Of a DNA stretch of 64,000 nucleotides, positions 25,246 to 38,473 are shown piece by piece. The first letter of the stretch is position 1. Every line of letters starts with the position of its first letter. The position numbers and the translations under genes are program-made. Below the pieces are notes generated by a model. That model saw nothing but the letters and a program-made list of their open reading frames with translations, was not told the origin of the DNA and did no database searches. Source of the stretch: Octopus sinensis (lineage: Eukaryota); contig NC_043017.1 in the NCBI RefSeq assembly GCF_006345805.1, positions 31,558,001 to 31,622,000 on the forward strand. Direction: 5' to 3'.

Positions 25246-25738
25246 TTTACTGGGTATTATTTACCTGTGAGTCTTGTGCTTTGTTGAATGGCGTTTGCGT
25301 GTTGTATTTATTTCTCGGCAATTTTATAATGATTATAAACACAATTATTTATTGTGAAAATGCCAGATTTTTATTCAGATAACTCTCCCCACTTCTCTCT
25401 CTCTCTCCCTGTATACACACACACACACACATACACCAGGTAAATTTTCCTAAAGTGCATATCTTTACCATTACCGAAAGTTCTCGTTTCGGAATCTGTC
25501 TTTTATAACCTAACCTAACCAATTTTCAGAGTCCAAAACGAGCACTTTAATCAATTTAGCCAATTGTGCGCGTGGTGTGGCGCGCGTGTGTGTGGTGTGT
25601 GTGTCACACTCTAACCAGTATATATACATACATACATATCTATATCTATATATAATATTATATATATATATATATATAATATATATGTATATATATATAT
25701 ATATATATATGCCCTACATATATATATATATATATACA

Positions 25739-25780
<42 letters not shown>

Positions 25781-25799
25781 TATATATATATATATATAT

Positions 25800-25841
<42 letters not shown>

Positions 25842-25944
25842 TATATATATATATATATTATATATATATAATATATATACAACATACATACATACATACA
25901 TACATATATAATATATATATATATATATCATATATATATATATA

Positions 25945-26560
25945 TATCGTCCGTAAACATAAATCCGAAAAAGGCACACTCTGAGTTATAGAGCAGTATG
26001 CATAATGTTAGATAAGGCCGGTTTATGGAATTACCTTAGGTTTCGTGTCTCTAAAGTGCTTTGCGTTATGGCGTATCATCAGATCCCAAAAGCTGTTGGC
26101 TTAAGGCCTCTCTATGGAGTGACATCTCTCGAACATGGAGGGGGAAAAGACCCAGCTACTCAACGTCAACAAAAGGGATTGTCCCTCTTTGGCTATCGAT
26201 CACCGGTGACCCTGCCATCATGTTGGTTCCAACAGGCTAGCAAGAATTTCCTGAAATGTAAGCATGGTCTGAAGACCAACCCCCGTTCTGGAGTTAAGGA
26301 TGTTCCCTGGGTCGATGGAGTTCTTTAGGATCCCCACCCATTCCGCTGTGTATGATTTACAGTACTTGGTCCCGTTTATGGAGGAGCATGGATTTTCTAG
26401 GATTCTCCATGATACTGTGTTTGGAATCCCGTCATCTATCAACTGGCAGACATGGCTGGGGCACCGATTTGAAGGAGTTAGTCCAAGCATGACCAATCTT
26501 TCTGGAGAAGCTAACTGCATGAGACATAGCTCATCGCCAAGCAGGCTACGCAACTAACTA
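25945..26560 (-). mobile_element. Penelope-like element 3' fragment: decayed C-terminus of the GIY-YIG endonuclease region plus pLTR
   Basis: SHVCQLIDDGIPNTVSWRILE...KYCKSYTAE..IL...NILNSR resembles the PLE C-terminal S-x-H-W-LKD...W-IL...C-x-LC..E..I..LLN-x-R pattern; downstream hammerhead; ends in (TA)n. Confidence 0.7.
26027..26087 (-). ncRNA. Type I hammerhead ribozyme motif, stem II degraded
   Basis: - strand reads GGGAT CTGATGA ... GAAA CC TAA GG TA ATTCC. Confidence 0.6.
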
Positions 26561-26871
26561 AAGTAATAGTACTTTTTCGTTAGGCGTACCATTCAAAACA
26601 TCCACGGGCCGCATGTTGCCCATGACTGGTTTGGTCGAACAAAATCGACACTGTGTTTTTTTTTAAAGTCTTATACTTAGATAATCGGTTTCATTTGCTG
26701 AACTACTAAATTTTGGGACGCAAACAAAGTAACACCATCAGTCAAGCGATGGGTGACACAAACAGACTCAAAAATATGCATATACACGCTCACATATGCA
26801 CATAGATGCATACATAGGTATACTCATATACATACAAACACATATACGATGTGATTGTACACATTTATATT

Positions 26872-27405
26872 ATTTACATTCGACGGATATTTGTCCTCAT
26901 CTTGTTTGTTGTTAACACAATGTTTCAGCCATCTTCAGGTGTCTTGGGAAAATTTCGAACCTGGGTTCTCATTCCAAAGGTATTTTTCGATGTTATTTTT
27001 TATTATTGTTGTTGTTGTTATTGTTCAGGTCACTTCATGAATCGAACTCGAAATCTTGGGGTTAGTAGCCCACGGGCATATGGCGTAGTGGTTAAGAGCG
27101 CGGGCTACTAACCCCAAGATTTCGAGTTCGATTCATGAAGTGACCTGAACAATAACAATAACAATGATGATGATGATGATGATAATAATAATAATAATAA
27201 TAAGAAGAAGAAGAAGAAGATCGAAAAATACCTTAAGAATGAGAACCCAGGTTCGAAATTTCCCCAAGACACCTGAAGAAGGCTGGTGGGTATATCAGCT
27301 GAAATGTTGTGTTAACAACAAACAAGATGAGGAGAAATATCCGTCGAATGTAAACAATGTAAATAAATAATGTACATAATTCCTCATCTCTTAAATATAG
27401 AACTG
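26872..27405 (+). mobile_element. tRNA-headed element with Penelope-like tail and hammerhead, preceded by an inverted partial copy; inserted in an old SINE A (about 26620-27555)
   Basis: A box TGGCGTAGTGG (27081), B box GAGTTCGATTC (27124), hammerhead at 27268-27313; 26872-27071 is the reverse complement of about 27102-27365. Confidence 0.75.
27268..27313 (+). ncRNA. Minimal type I hammerhead ribozyme motif (CpG-decayed)
   Basis: GACAC CTGAAGA A GGCTGGT GGGTAT ATCAGCT GAAA TG TT GTGTT. Confidence 0.6.
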
Positions 27406-27617
27406 ATTCTACACAGTTTTCATCTTCTAAATTCACTCACAAAGTATTGATCAACCCGGGGCCATAGTATAAGATTCTTGTCCAAAGCGCCGTGCAGCGG
27501 GACTAAAGTTGAGACTACATGGTTCCAAAAGCCAGACTCTTAACCACACTACCACGTCAACAAGTCGATATAATTTCCATTTGAGACAGCAAAAAGGATT
27601 TCCGTTGTATAAGTGTA

Positions 27618-28017
27618 CTAGCAGTATCGCCCGGCGTTGCTCGGATTTGTAAGGGAAATAACTATATATGCATTTTTAGAGAGTTATAGCCAAAAAATAG
27701 CAAAAAAAAAAAAATGCATTAAGAATGGAAAAAAAATTATGGTAAATTTTTTTTAAATCGTTGACTCATCGTAGACATTTTTAGAGATTACTTCCCTTAT
27801 ATAATAGCGAAAAAATGCATTAAAATGGAAAAAAAATGATTAAATAATTTTTAAATCGTAGACTCATCGTAGACGCGCGCTAATACCCAGAAGGGCTCGA
27901 TATGAAACACGACTATAAGATACCCGCTTTTGGTTACACTGCACCGTAAAATGTGGGAGTAGTTAGGAATGTAAATCGTAGGAGACAGACACACAACTTG
28001 ACTTTTATATATAAAGA
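27618..28017 (-). mobile_element. Non-autonomous Helitron-like element
   Basis: On the - strand 5' TC...CTAG 3' in an A|T site, with a subterminal hairpin (CCGAGCAACGCCGGG); copies at 48813-49200 and 38462-38842. Confidence 0.8.
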
Positions 28018-28290
28018 TAAGATACGAATAACTAATTTTTGCAGTATACTACGTGCTACCATGCGTGATTACATTATGGTGTGTTTGTATTTAATAGTGT
28101 CTCAATTAGTTTTACTACTGGAATGTTCGTAACCAATTTTACCATGTCTAAGCTACGGATTTCGCTTTAATCGTTAGTTATTTTCTCAGATTTCTAAGTA
28201 ATCTTCGGATGGACGTATGCTTTATATTTTCTGCGTGTATTGCTTCATAATGTTACCAAATTGATTATCGATCTTGTGTGTTGATGTATT

Positions 28291-28765
28291 TACGAGGTCT
28301 GATCGAAAAATATCGGGACTGATGCTATGGTAATAGAACTAAAATGCGTAGAGTGATGTTGCTTGGTAAGGATTGACTTTGAATTCTATAGCGCATGCCC
28401 GCAAATTTATAGCACACTCACTCCCGTTGTTTGTAGCAGTGTTTGGAAGTAAAGTGTGGAGAGTGCGGTCACTTTAAAAGGAAGTTTGGGTTTCAGCTGC
28501 GCAGGATCTCCTTGACTCTATTGAGGAAGGTGAAAACTCTAAGAAAACTGTCATAATAAGTGTCGAAACATAGGCTTATGGCTATGAACCCAAAACCAAG
28601 GCTTGAACGGAATTCCACTTGAAAAGAACAAGATTTCAAAACGTCAAGGAAATCCATGAGAATGTGACAAAGCAGCTATAGGCCATCCCTGAAGAAGGTT
28701 CCAGGAATACTGGAATAAAGTGTGTGGCTTTAGGGGGGGTGATTACTTCAAAGGAGATTAACGGC
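28291..28765 (+). mobile_element. Internally deleted mariner relic
   Basis: TA-CGAGGTCTGATCGAAAAATATCGGGAC TIR-like start; C-terminal W-x-KCVA...GDYFKGD* remnant. Confidence 0.7.
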
Positions 28766-28779
28766 TGAATTGTTAATAT

Positions 28780-29218
28780 CTTTACTCTTCTACTATTTTA
28801 CTTGTTTCAGTCATTTGACTGTGGCCATGCTGGAGCACCGCCTTTACTCGAGCAAATCGACTCCCAGGACTTATTCTTTGTAAGCCTAGTACTTATTCTA
28901 TCGATCTCTTTTGCCGAACCGCTAAATTACGGGGACCTAACACACCAGCATCGTGTCAAGCGATGTTGGGGGACAAACACAGACACACAAACATATACAC
29001 ACAACACCACAAACACATATATATATATATATATATATCTTATTATATAATTACGACGGGCTTCTTTCAGTATCCGTCTACCAAATCCACTCACAAGGCT
29101 TTGGTCCAGCCCGAGGCCACAGTAGAAGACAGTTGCCCAAGGTTCCACGAAGTGAGACAGAACCCGGAACCATGTGGTTGGTAAGCAAGCTACTTACCAC
29201 ACAGGCACTCCTACGCCT
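28780..29218 (-). mobile_element. SINE A, full length
   Basis: Head, body and tail present. Confidence 0.9.
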
Positions 29219-29829
29219 GTGTATTGTATTGTAGTTTTCTTTTTATAGCTCCAGACCCGATACTTTTTGACCAAACATCGTATGTGAGATGCAATGATTT
29301 AGAGGAGTCCCTGTTTGTGTATTTTTACTCCTTTGTAGATATTTACTGGAAAACGAACGCCTTTATTTGCGCATTTATCACAGTAATTAATTTACTTCAT
29401 TCAGCTTTCGATTCGGTTCTGTTTATTTTTCTAAAACTTTCCTAAATTTGCTTTTGTCGTTGAATAAATTTATACTTTTTGTAATGTTTGTCTCCATCAA
29501 AAATTATATATATGTTGCTCACATCACACTTCAATATTGATCTCAAAAGTTTTGGCACAAGTCCAGCAATTTCGGGGGAGAGGGTAAGTCGATTACATTG
29601 ATCCTAGTGATCAACTGGTACTTACTTTATCGATCCCAGAAAGATAGAAGACAAAGTCGATCCCGACTGAACTTAGATTCAGAACGTAAAGATGGACGAA
29701 ACGCCACAAAGCGTTTTGCCCGATGTGCTAACGATTCTAACAGCTCAATACCGACCACACTTGAATATTACAACTTTGTCGTTATTTATAAATTATAGAA
29801 AGCTTCATTATATGTATGTGTGGTGCATG

Positions 29830-29944
<115 letters not shown>

Positions 29945-29983
29945 AGATAGATAGATAGATAGATGCATATAAGATATAACGTG

Positions 29984-30238
29984 TAAGTGGACATCCATTA
30001 TGCTAGAAGAAGATCCGCTATGGTCTTACCACTAAGAAAGGAATGTTCTTTTCTTAGTAGTAAGACAATATCAGATCTTCTTCCAGCATAATGGATGTCC
30101 ACTTAGTGTTCATCCCCCTTATATGTATGTAATATAATTTTTTCTGAAACTTCAGAATTTTCTATAAGCTAGACCATTGGCTTCAAATTGATATTAATCA
30201 AATTAATATTCAATTTTCACCCTTATTATTTTAAATTT
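29984..30238 (+). mobile_element. Fold-back Penelope-like end (family P5)
   Basis: Approx. 55-bp-arm hairpin at 29984-30105, then a unique stretch ending TTAATATTCAATTTTCACCCTTATT, similar to the ends at 43320-43365 and 44620-44665. Confidence 0.55.
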
Positions 30239-30338
30239 AGATAGATATGTGTGCATGTTTACACGCACGCACACACACACACACTCACACACACACACAC
30301 TCACACACACACACTCACACACACACACACACACACAC

Positions 30339-31345
30339 CAGGTTGAATGAAAAGCTTTTCCGGATTTTCACTGATGAGTTTCGGCAACTTCTATGTCTAT
30401 GTTAATTATTAATTTCATACAACTTGTCCAATCGTAGCTGAATTGTTTTTTTTGGGGGGTCATGTTGTATGTTTGGTGGAATTTCGAGTGGGTGTTTCAC
30501 TTCAATCTGTCCGGATGCTGTGAATGCTAACCTTTATGAACAACAACAACTTAAGGTGGATGTTGCTTTGAGAGCCCTCTTCTCTCATTGTCAATAGAAG
30601 ACGTACATTCCTACAGCATGACAATGCATCTGCACAAAGTGCCAATCTGATCAAGCACAAACTTTGAGGAATTGTGGGAGATTACAAGTGCTGTTGCTGT
30701 TGAGCGAAGCGGTCTTCGTCCCAGTGGCAGAAGTCCGAAACGTGGTCCTTTGCTATTCGTAAAACCCGCAGAAGAAAAAGCAGGTCAACCCCCGACATCG
30801 AGAGCATCGACGTATGGACGAATGCGCATCCAGGCTCAGCAGTTGCGTAGAAAGTTGGGGACAAGAAACAGGAAGAAAGAGTGAGAGAAAGTTGGGGCGA
30901 AAGAGTACAACAGGGGTCGCCACCACCCCCTGCCGGAGCCTCGTGGAGCTTTAGGTGTTTTCGCTCAATAAACACACACAACGCCCGGTCTGGGAATCGA
31001 AACCGCGATCCTCCTACCGCGAGTCCGCTGCCCTAACAACTGGGCCATTGCGCCTCCTACAAGTGCTGTCTCACCCTGCCTACAGTCCAGACCTTGCACC
31101 CTCAGATTACTATTTTTTCCGATCCCTGACACTTTGCTGCACAAACAGAGGTTCAACGATGTGGACGAATTTGAAACAGGTGCAGGAAGGTTTTGTCTCT
31201 AAACCAGCAAAATACCAAGAGCATGGTTTTTATTTGCTGGTACAACGATAACAACAGGCAATATATTTGGACGTGTATCTTTTGAGGAATAAGCGACTTT
31301 AGTGTATGATTTGTTTGAAATACGAAAACACTTTTGACTTAACCT
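30339..31345 (+). mobile_element. mariner transposon relic (D,D34D region) interrupted by SINE B
   Basis: LQHDNA...QVLSHPAYSPDLAPSDYYFFRSL; imperfect TIRs at about 30339-30370 and 31315-31345. Confidence 0.85.
30695..31057 (-). mobile_element. SINE B head with tail type iv, 12-bp TSD
   Basis: TSD TACAAGTGCTGT at 30683-94 and 31058-69; tail ends GACCGCTTCGCTCAACAGCA. Confidence 0.9.
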
Positions 31346-32234
31346 CATATTTATATAAAACTTGTACATTTCCGATCAGAATATTTACAACTTACAAACT
31401 AAATTTATTTTCTATATTTTTTCTGAATCAATGACTATTTGAAATACTATCTTAAAGTGTTCCACTCAAACATCGATTTAAGGTAGTCTTATGTTTTATA
31501 TGCGTCTATGTGTCTCAGTGCGGATATCTCTCTATATATACACACACAGAGAATCTCCCACCTGCACGCACATTAACTGTATCTAAATAACAATTCATTG
31601 GATCTTAATGGTGTCATGTTTACCATAACAGAAGAAAGGAGCTTCAAAATGTTTGCAAATAATCGAAATATTGAAGTTGCCTGGGTACATTACTTTGGTA
31701 TGTCCTCTGGCAAGTCGAGACGAGATAGTTTTCATGAAATTTCAAAAGATTCCTAACAGCGAACGTTTTAAAAATGTTTTACAAATTAATTGACTTGTAC
31801 TAAGATCTATCGAAGTAATCTGACCCAGCCAAAGCCAGCATCCTGACAAACATTGAACGTGTTGGTAAATACAAAACATTATATATAAAAATATTTGAAA
31901 GATATATATTGCAACTATGGTTACGAATATTTGATTATGTTTTTTTTTTGTGTGAAAAGAACCCGGGTAACTTGTACACCAGACTATTTCTATGCATTTT
32001 TATGAACTTTTCATCTATCATTCGAGTGTTTCTCTTTGAAGATGGTTTTCGATAAATATCCAAACATTAGGTTCAAAATATCTGTATTTTAAATATCTGT
32101 TGATATTAACCCCCAACATTCACGCATTGAGTACTTTGTTCATGTATCAATATTAGTGTTTAACAAAACAAAATTACATACTTGAATATATATGTTCTAT
32201 GTATTGATGTCTATCTGTCTGTCTATCTATCATA

Positions 32235-32334
32235 NNNNNNNNNNNNNNNNNNNNNNNNNNNNNNNNNNNNNNNNNNNNNNNNNNNNNNNNNNNNNNNNNN
32301 NNNNNNNNNNNNNNNNNNNNNNNNNNNNNNNNNN
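32235..32334. other. Assembly gap (100 N)
   Basis: Run of n; the round length suggests a gap of unknown size. Confidence 1.
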
Positions 32335-32606
32335 TCGCTGCAAAAATACATCTGATATTTTACTTAATTGTTTTGCGTGGTCCTCCAATTAATGTTTGAA
32401 AGATATTTATGTAACTACACATGAAAAGAAAGCGAAAGCGTGTGGTCAAAAGTGTAAGAGTTCAGGTCGCAGGTTCAATATGTAGATCAGGCAGTGTATC
32501 GTATTATAGTTTAGAGTAAAGGAGTTCGTTTGATGTTACTCCAGTCCGCACGGGGGAAAATGAACACAAGGTGAGTTCATATTCTTTTACTACGAACACT
32601 CTAGAA

Positions 32607-32807
32607 CAGTGCTTTTCAAACTTTTTGCTGGAGCAGAACCCCAAGGAAACATTCCACTGGCTCGAGGAATTCCTCTGCAATAATCTAATAGTCTTTTGCA
32701 CACATATCTGCACAGGAGAATTAAAAATTACTGCCGATTTTAGCAGTTTTGTAACTTCTTGTGGAACCCCTGGACTGTACTGGCGGAACCCTGGTTGAAA
32801 ACCACTG
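32607..32807. mobile_element. hAT (Charlie/Buster-like) MITE
   Basis: CAGTGCTTTTCAA...TTGAAAACCACTG TIRs; 8-bp TSD CTCTAGAA/CTCTTGAA. Confidence 0.88.
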
Positions 32808-33379
32808 CTCTTGAACAAACATGGAACTACATAGGCAACAAAACCAATTTCCCTAAGTGTATCATACGCTGCCATGTCCAACTTGCTTGAGAGTGTCAGC
32901 TATATTTATGTTTTTACACATACAAACAGATATTAATATTATGGCTGTCTGCTTCTTGCATTAATATGGTGACTGTGCTTTTCTTCTACTGTGCTTTCCT
33001 AGAGTGAAATCTCAAATGATTTTATGAGCCCCGAAAAGCATTTTAAGAGCTGACAACGAATAATGTAGCAATGTTTCATTTCAGTATTTCTTCCATTTTC
33101 CTCCTGTTTATTATGAATGTTCAAGTGCCGTTTCAATCCTCTGCGTGACACACAGGTTGTTTTTCTATATATATGTATATATATATATATAATATATATA
33201 TTATACATATTTATACATATATATATGTTTGTATATATAGGTATATATATATATAATGTATATATATATATCGAGATAGATAGAGAGGGAAGGGTAGCAA
33301 TAGGTACACGTAGATGTATAGAGAGATATGTTTACATACATACAACTAAATTATTCAGGAGATAAACACTTGTGTACAA

Positions 33380-33444
<65 letters not shown>

Positions 33445-33724
33445 CAAAAAATTCACAGGGAAATTTGACGTGCTATGATTTGGAGCGGTGTTACAGATTT
33501 GGAGATTGACAGTAAAAAGCACGCTGGAAGGAAAAGAAAAGTTCGTAAAACGAGATTGATATGGATAGCTTTGTGTGTGTTTCTCACTCTTCCTTTAAAT
33601 GTTCCTTGTGCTCAAATGTATGCATATTTCACGCTGGTGTGAGATGCACCAGCGCCTCCATGCAGGTAAAGCGCAAATGAATACGGGAATTTCGTTTCAG
33701 AGGACCAGTGTCAATGTTATACTC

Positions 33725-34353
33725 CTTTCTCTGTTTTACTTGTTTCAGTTATTTGACTGCGGCCATGCTGGAGCACCGCCTTTAGTCGAGCAAGTCGACC
33801 CCAGGTCTTATTCTTTGTAAGCCTAGTACTTATTCTATCGCTCTCTTTAGCCGAACCGCTAAGTTACGGGGACGTAAACACGCCAGCATCGGTTGTCAAG
33901 CGATGTTGGGGGGACAAACACAGACTCACAAACATATACACACACACACACATATATATATATACGATGGGTTTCTTTCAGTTTCCGTCCACCAAATCCA
34001 CTGACAAGGCCTTGGTCGGCCCGAGGCTATAGTAGAAGACACTTGCCCAAGCTCCTACGCAGTGGGACTGAACCCAGAACCATGTGGTTAGTAAGCAATC
34101 TAACCACATGTGTAAGTAACACACAGCATCGGTTGTCAAGCAATGCTAGGGGGACAAACACAGACACACAAACACATACACACACACACACTCATACACA
34201 CACACACATACACACACATATATATATATATACATACTCACAAGGCTTTGGTCGGCCCGAGCTATAGAAGACACTGCCCAAGGTGCCACGCAGTGGGAGT
34301 GAACCTGGAACCATGTGGTTAGTAAACAAGCTACTTACCACACAGCCACTCCT
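33725..34353 (-). mobile_element. SINE A plus tandem partial SINE A
   Basis: Copy at 33725-34112, then a partial copy at 34125-34353. Confidence 0.85.
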
Positions 34354-34379
34354 GTGGCTTTATGAAAAATATTCTCGAT

Positions 34380-34766
34380 AGGCGCAGGAGTGGCTGTGTG
34401 GTAAGTAGCTTGCTAACCAACCACATGGTTCCGGGTTCAGTCCCACTGCGTGGCATCTTGTACAAGTGTCTTCTGCTATAGCCCCGGACCGACCAATGCC
34501 TTGTGAATATGTATATATATATATGTGTGTGTGTGTGTCTGTGTGTATGTGTGTGTGTTTGTGTGTCTGTGTTTGTCCCCTAGCATCGCTTGACAACCGA
34601 TGCTGGTGTGTTTACGTCCCTGTCACTTAGCGGTTCGGCAAAAGAGACCGATAGAATAAGTACTGGGCTTACAAAGAATAAGTCCCGGGGTCGATTTGCT
34701 CGACTAAAGGCGGTGCTCCAGCATGGCCGCAGTCAAATGACTGAAGCAAGTAAAAGAGTAAAGAGT
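34380..34766 (+). mobile_element. SINE A with an internal deletion, head-to-head with the previous copy
   Basis: AGGCGCAGGAGTGG head about 26 bp from the inverted head. Confidence 0.9.
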
Positions 34767-35764
34767 ATAGGTTAGGCTTCTTTGTTTTTGTACACCACGT
34801 TCCTCATGTACATATTTTCTTCTTTCTTTGTTATCTGTTGCTATCAAAATGACCACTTCTCTGTAGTTGTGACTGTAGTCACCAAGTACATATACCTCTC
34901 TTCTTTTCTTACTAGCTCTTACTATTCTGGTCCTGCTTTAAGTACTTTCCCCCCATCGCTCTTTTGTTTACTGAAGGAAGCAGCGAAATCTCTGCGGTAA
35001 TAGGTCGAGCAGAGTAACGCGAAGTTCACAAGAACAGAGCAAGGCCAGCTGTTACACAACGAGGCCTGTTCTTGTATCAATACCTTTAAAAGGTTTCTCT
35101 GTTTTTGTTCACCACATTCCATATTCTACATTTCAAAGTAAGATTTTGTGCAAAGCCAGACTAAGTGATATTGTTAAAATTGTCTAACACATTCACCTCC
35201 ACCCATGGTTCTCACAACAACTCTGTCTTTCATAAAACCATAAATATTTTCAAAACACAATAACCTACACATGGCCTCTACGGTCCCAGTGACTTATGCA
35301 ATGGAAGATATTTCATTGTAGATGGCAAAATAATAAGCAACAAGCTGAGTTATTTATCATCATTAGCTTTACTAACACTATATTTCCATGATTATCTTGC
35401 TGGCAAATGTCAGAAAGTTTTTACCGCTGAATGATTCATCTTTTCTTAACATGTTTTTTTTTTTCTATCTTTCTATTTTCGGTTATTTTATTATTCTTTT
35501 TTTTTTACTAACCGATATTTCTGCTGTTAAAAGATTTGTTAACCCTGGCTTTCGTTCTGTTCCATGAGGTGTCATCATGGCATGGCACCAGACCGGCCAT
35601 TTTTAGATATAATACGATAATGGATTTTAACTTACAACTCTGGCAATATTTTAGTGAGTGGCAAGAAGTTTTCTTTAACTGCAAATAAGACAATAAACCC
35701 AACCAACGCTGCAAATGACAAATGTCTTTTCGCCATTATGAATGTAACAGGCAGTTGTATAATA

Positions 35765-35806
<42 letters not shown>

Positions 35807-35833
35807 ATATATATCTATATATACATATATACA

Positions 35834-35871
<38 letters not shown>

Positions 35872-36289
35872 TATATATATACTTTATGTATGTGTGTACG
35901 TACTTGTGTGTCTGAGCGCATGTGTGTATGTTTGTGTTGTGTTAGTGTGTGTGTGTATGTGAGCGTGTTTATAATACATTTACGTATATATGTGTATGCA
36001 TATCTATATATATATATGCTTCTGCGTGTGTGCATGTGTGTTAATGCATACGTGTACGTACATACATGTAAGTATATGTGTATAAATGTATCTGTATAAT
36101 TTTAATATATATATATATATATATAAATGCATACATACACACACAACACACATATATACATATATATATATAATACTATACATATATACATACATACATA
36201 TATACATATATACATATACATACATATATACATTATAATATATATATATATATAATATATAATTATATATGTACATATATATATATATA

Positions 36290-36362
<73 letters not shown>

Positions 36363-37096
36363 CTACAATTATATTACATGTGCGCACATGCAGTCAAACG
36401 CACTCACTTCAGCAAAAGCTAGCGACTTCCAACAGAATTAGGCAGCAATTCAATTCTCCGTTTTCAATGTTCTACTGCCATTCAAAAGTTTTAAATGGAT
36501 AAATATATTTTATTTGTACATTACCAAACTGTAGTACTTTTCAAACTATTCGCACATCGCATACGTTTGTGTGTATGTGTGTCCATGGCGGTGTATTGTA
36601 GCTATTGCTGCCGTTTGTTTATTTTGTGGTAGAGAACTATAAAAGTGCTCTGTACACCTTTGTGTTAAGAATATGTTGAATAAGATATAAGCTTTTTAGG
36701 TGTAAGGTCAATATAAATACATTTCCGAACCCAGATTCGGTTGAATCGTTTAACACAGCACATCAGCAAATTGACAGAATATGGCCGTAATGCTTCGAAT
36801 TTGTGTTCGGCAGGTTTTCCGGTAGTCACGTGGTCTATGACATCAATTAACGTTCTAAATTACAGGAAATGAAGTCTGGCACGTGTTAACCGATCGAAAC
36901 AATTTGAGATATTTTGATGAAGATTGAATTAATGTAGCGAATTTGATGGTTCTCTCTACGACAAGCATCATTAATGCATACAAAAGCAAGTGGGCTTTGT
37001 CTATTATTTTTCTTTTAATTCAACTTCATAATCTCTTCTTTCTTTTATTATCTGCAAAAGTGTTCAGAAATTGATGTAATGTTGTACACCCTTTAA

Positions 37097-37318
37097 CTCT
37101 TTTGATACCAACCTGGCCAAAACCGCCTCTGGCTCTGTAGTACAAATGTCTTGTTTTCATAAGTTTTGAATTAAAATCTTCCACCAAACCTTAGTCACAA
37201 TTTATGTTCCTAACACTAGCTTAATGATAACTAAGTTATTTTATTAAATTCTTTGTTATATTTAAAGTAATTGTAAGAAACACAGAGCATCTCAAGATAA
37301 ATATGGTAATGAAAGGGT
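37097..37318 (+). mobile_element. piggyBac-like MITE
   Basis: Same family as 11198-11418; TTAA on the left, TTGA on the right. Confidence 0.8.
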
Positions 37319-37555
37319 TGAATGTATCGAAATGCTGTAGCATGAAAATATAAATGAGTTTGCAAAGGGCTTAAAGAGTTCTGTGATACTTCTCTTCAGT
37401 AGAATATGAGATACAAATAAGCAATCAAGGACGAGTCTTTAAAAAGTCGAAACTATACCATTCTAATTTCATTCCAGTAGAAAATTATTGTAATCTAAAC
37501 ATGGTGACGCTAATATAAAGATATTAAATATCCGTTCAGTATCTTTTATCTTTGT

Positions 37556-37835
37556 GGAGGCGCAATGGCCCAGTGGTTAGGGCAACGGACTCGCAGTCGG
37601 TGGAATATGGTTTCAATTCCCAGACCGAAAACACCTAAAGCTCCGAAAGGCTCCGGCAGGGAGTGGTGGCGACCCCTGTTGTACTCTTTCGCCCCAACTT
37701 TCTCTCACTCTTTCTTCCTGTTTCTTGGGTAACGCTGAGATGGACTGGTGTCCCGTCCAGCTGTGGGGAACACATACGCCACAGAAACCGGGCCCATGAG
37801 CCTGGTTAGGCTTCAAAAGGGCGCGTAAATAAAAA
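37556..37835 (+). mobile_element. SINE B with tail type ii
   Basis: B head plus GTAACGCTGAGATGGACTGG...AAAAGGGCGCGTAAATAAA. Confidence 0.85.
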
Positions 37836-38439
37836 AAAATTAATAAATCTTTTATCTTTAACTTGTTTCAGTCATTAGATTGCGGCCATGCGGGGGTCTC
37901 TGCATTGAAGAATTCTTGTCGAATGCCTTGGCCCCAGTACTTATTTTTCATTGAGCCTGATACCTTTTTATCGATCTCTTTTGCCGAAGCGCTCAAGTTA
38001 CGGATATGTAAGTAACCAACAGCAGTTCTCAGGCGGTGTTGGTGGGAGTCAAACACAGACACAATCATAGTCATCAGTATGAATTAAATATATACATACA
38101 TAAATACATACATACATACATACATACATACATACATACATACATACATACGTATATGTAGGTATGTATGCATGTATATATGGGTATATAAATGAATGCA
38201 CACGCGAGCATCTGCGTATGCATATGCGAGCGTGTATATATATGTACATATATTTGTATGTGTGCATGTGAGTGTAAGTACATATCCGTATATATGTGAG
38301 TATATGAAACTGAGATGGCGTGTCTATCAGCCTGTACGTATGTATGTATTTGTGTGTGTGCAATATTAACACTCAAGAACTAATCAACAGATTTTATATC
38401 TATATATATATACCTAATTTCGAAGGAATATATAAATAT

Positions 38440-38461
<22 letters not shown>

Positions 38462-38473
<12 letters not shown>

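Noticed and set aside
34922-35122. 66-aa - strand ORF in a unique block
   Set aside because: No motif or clear splice signals.
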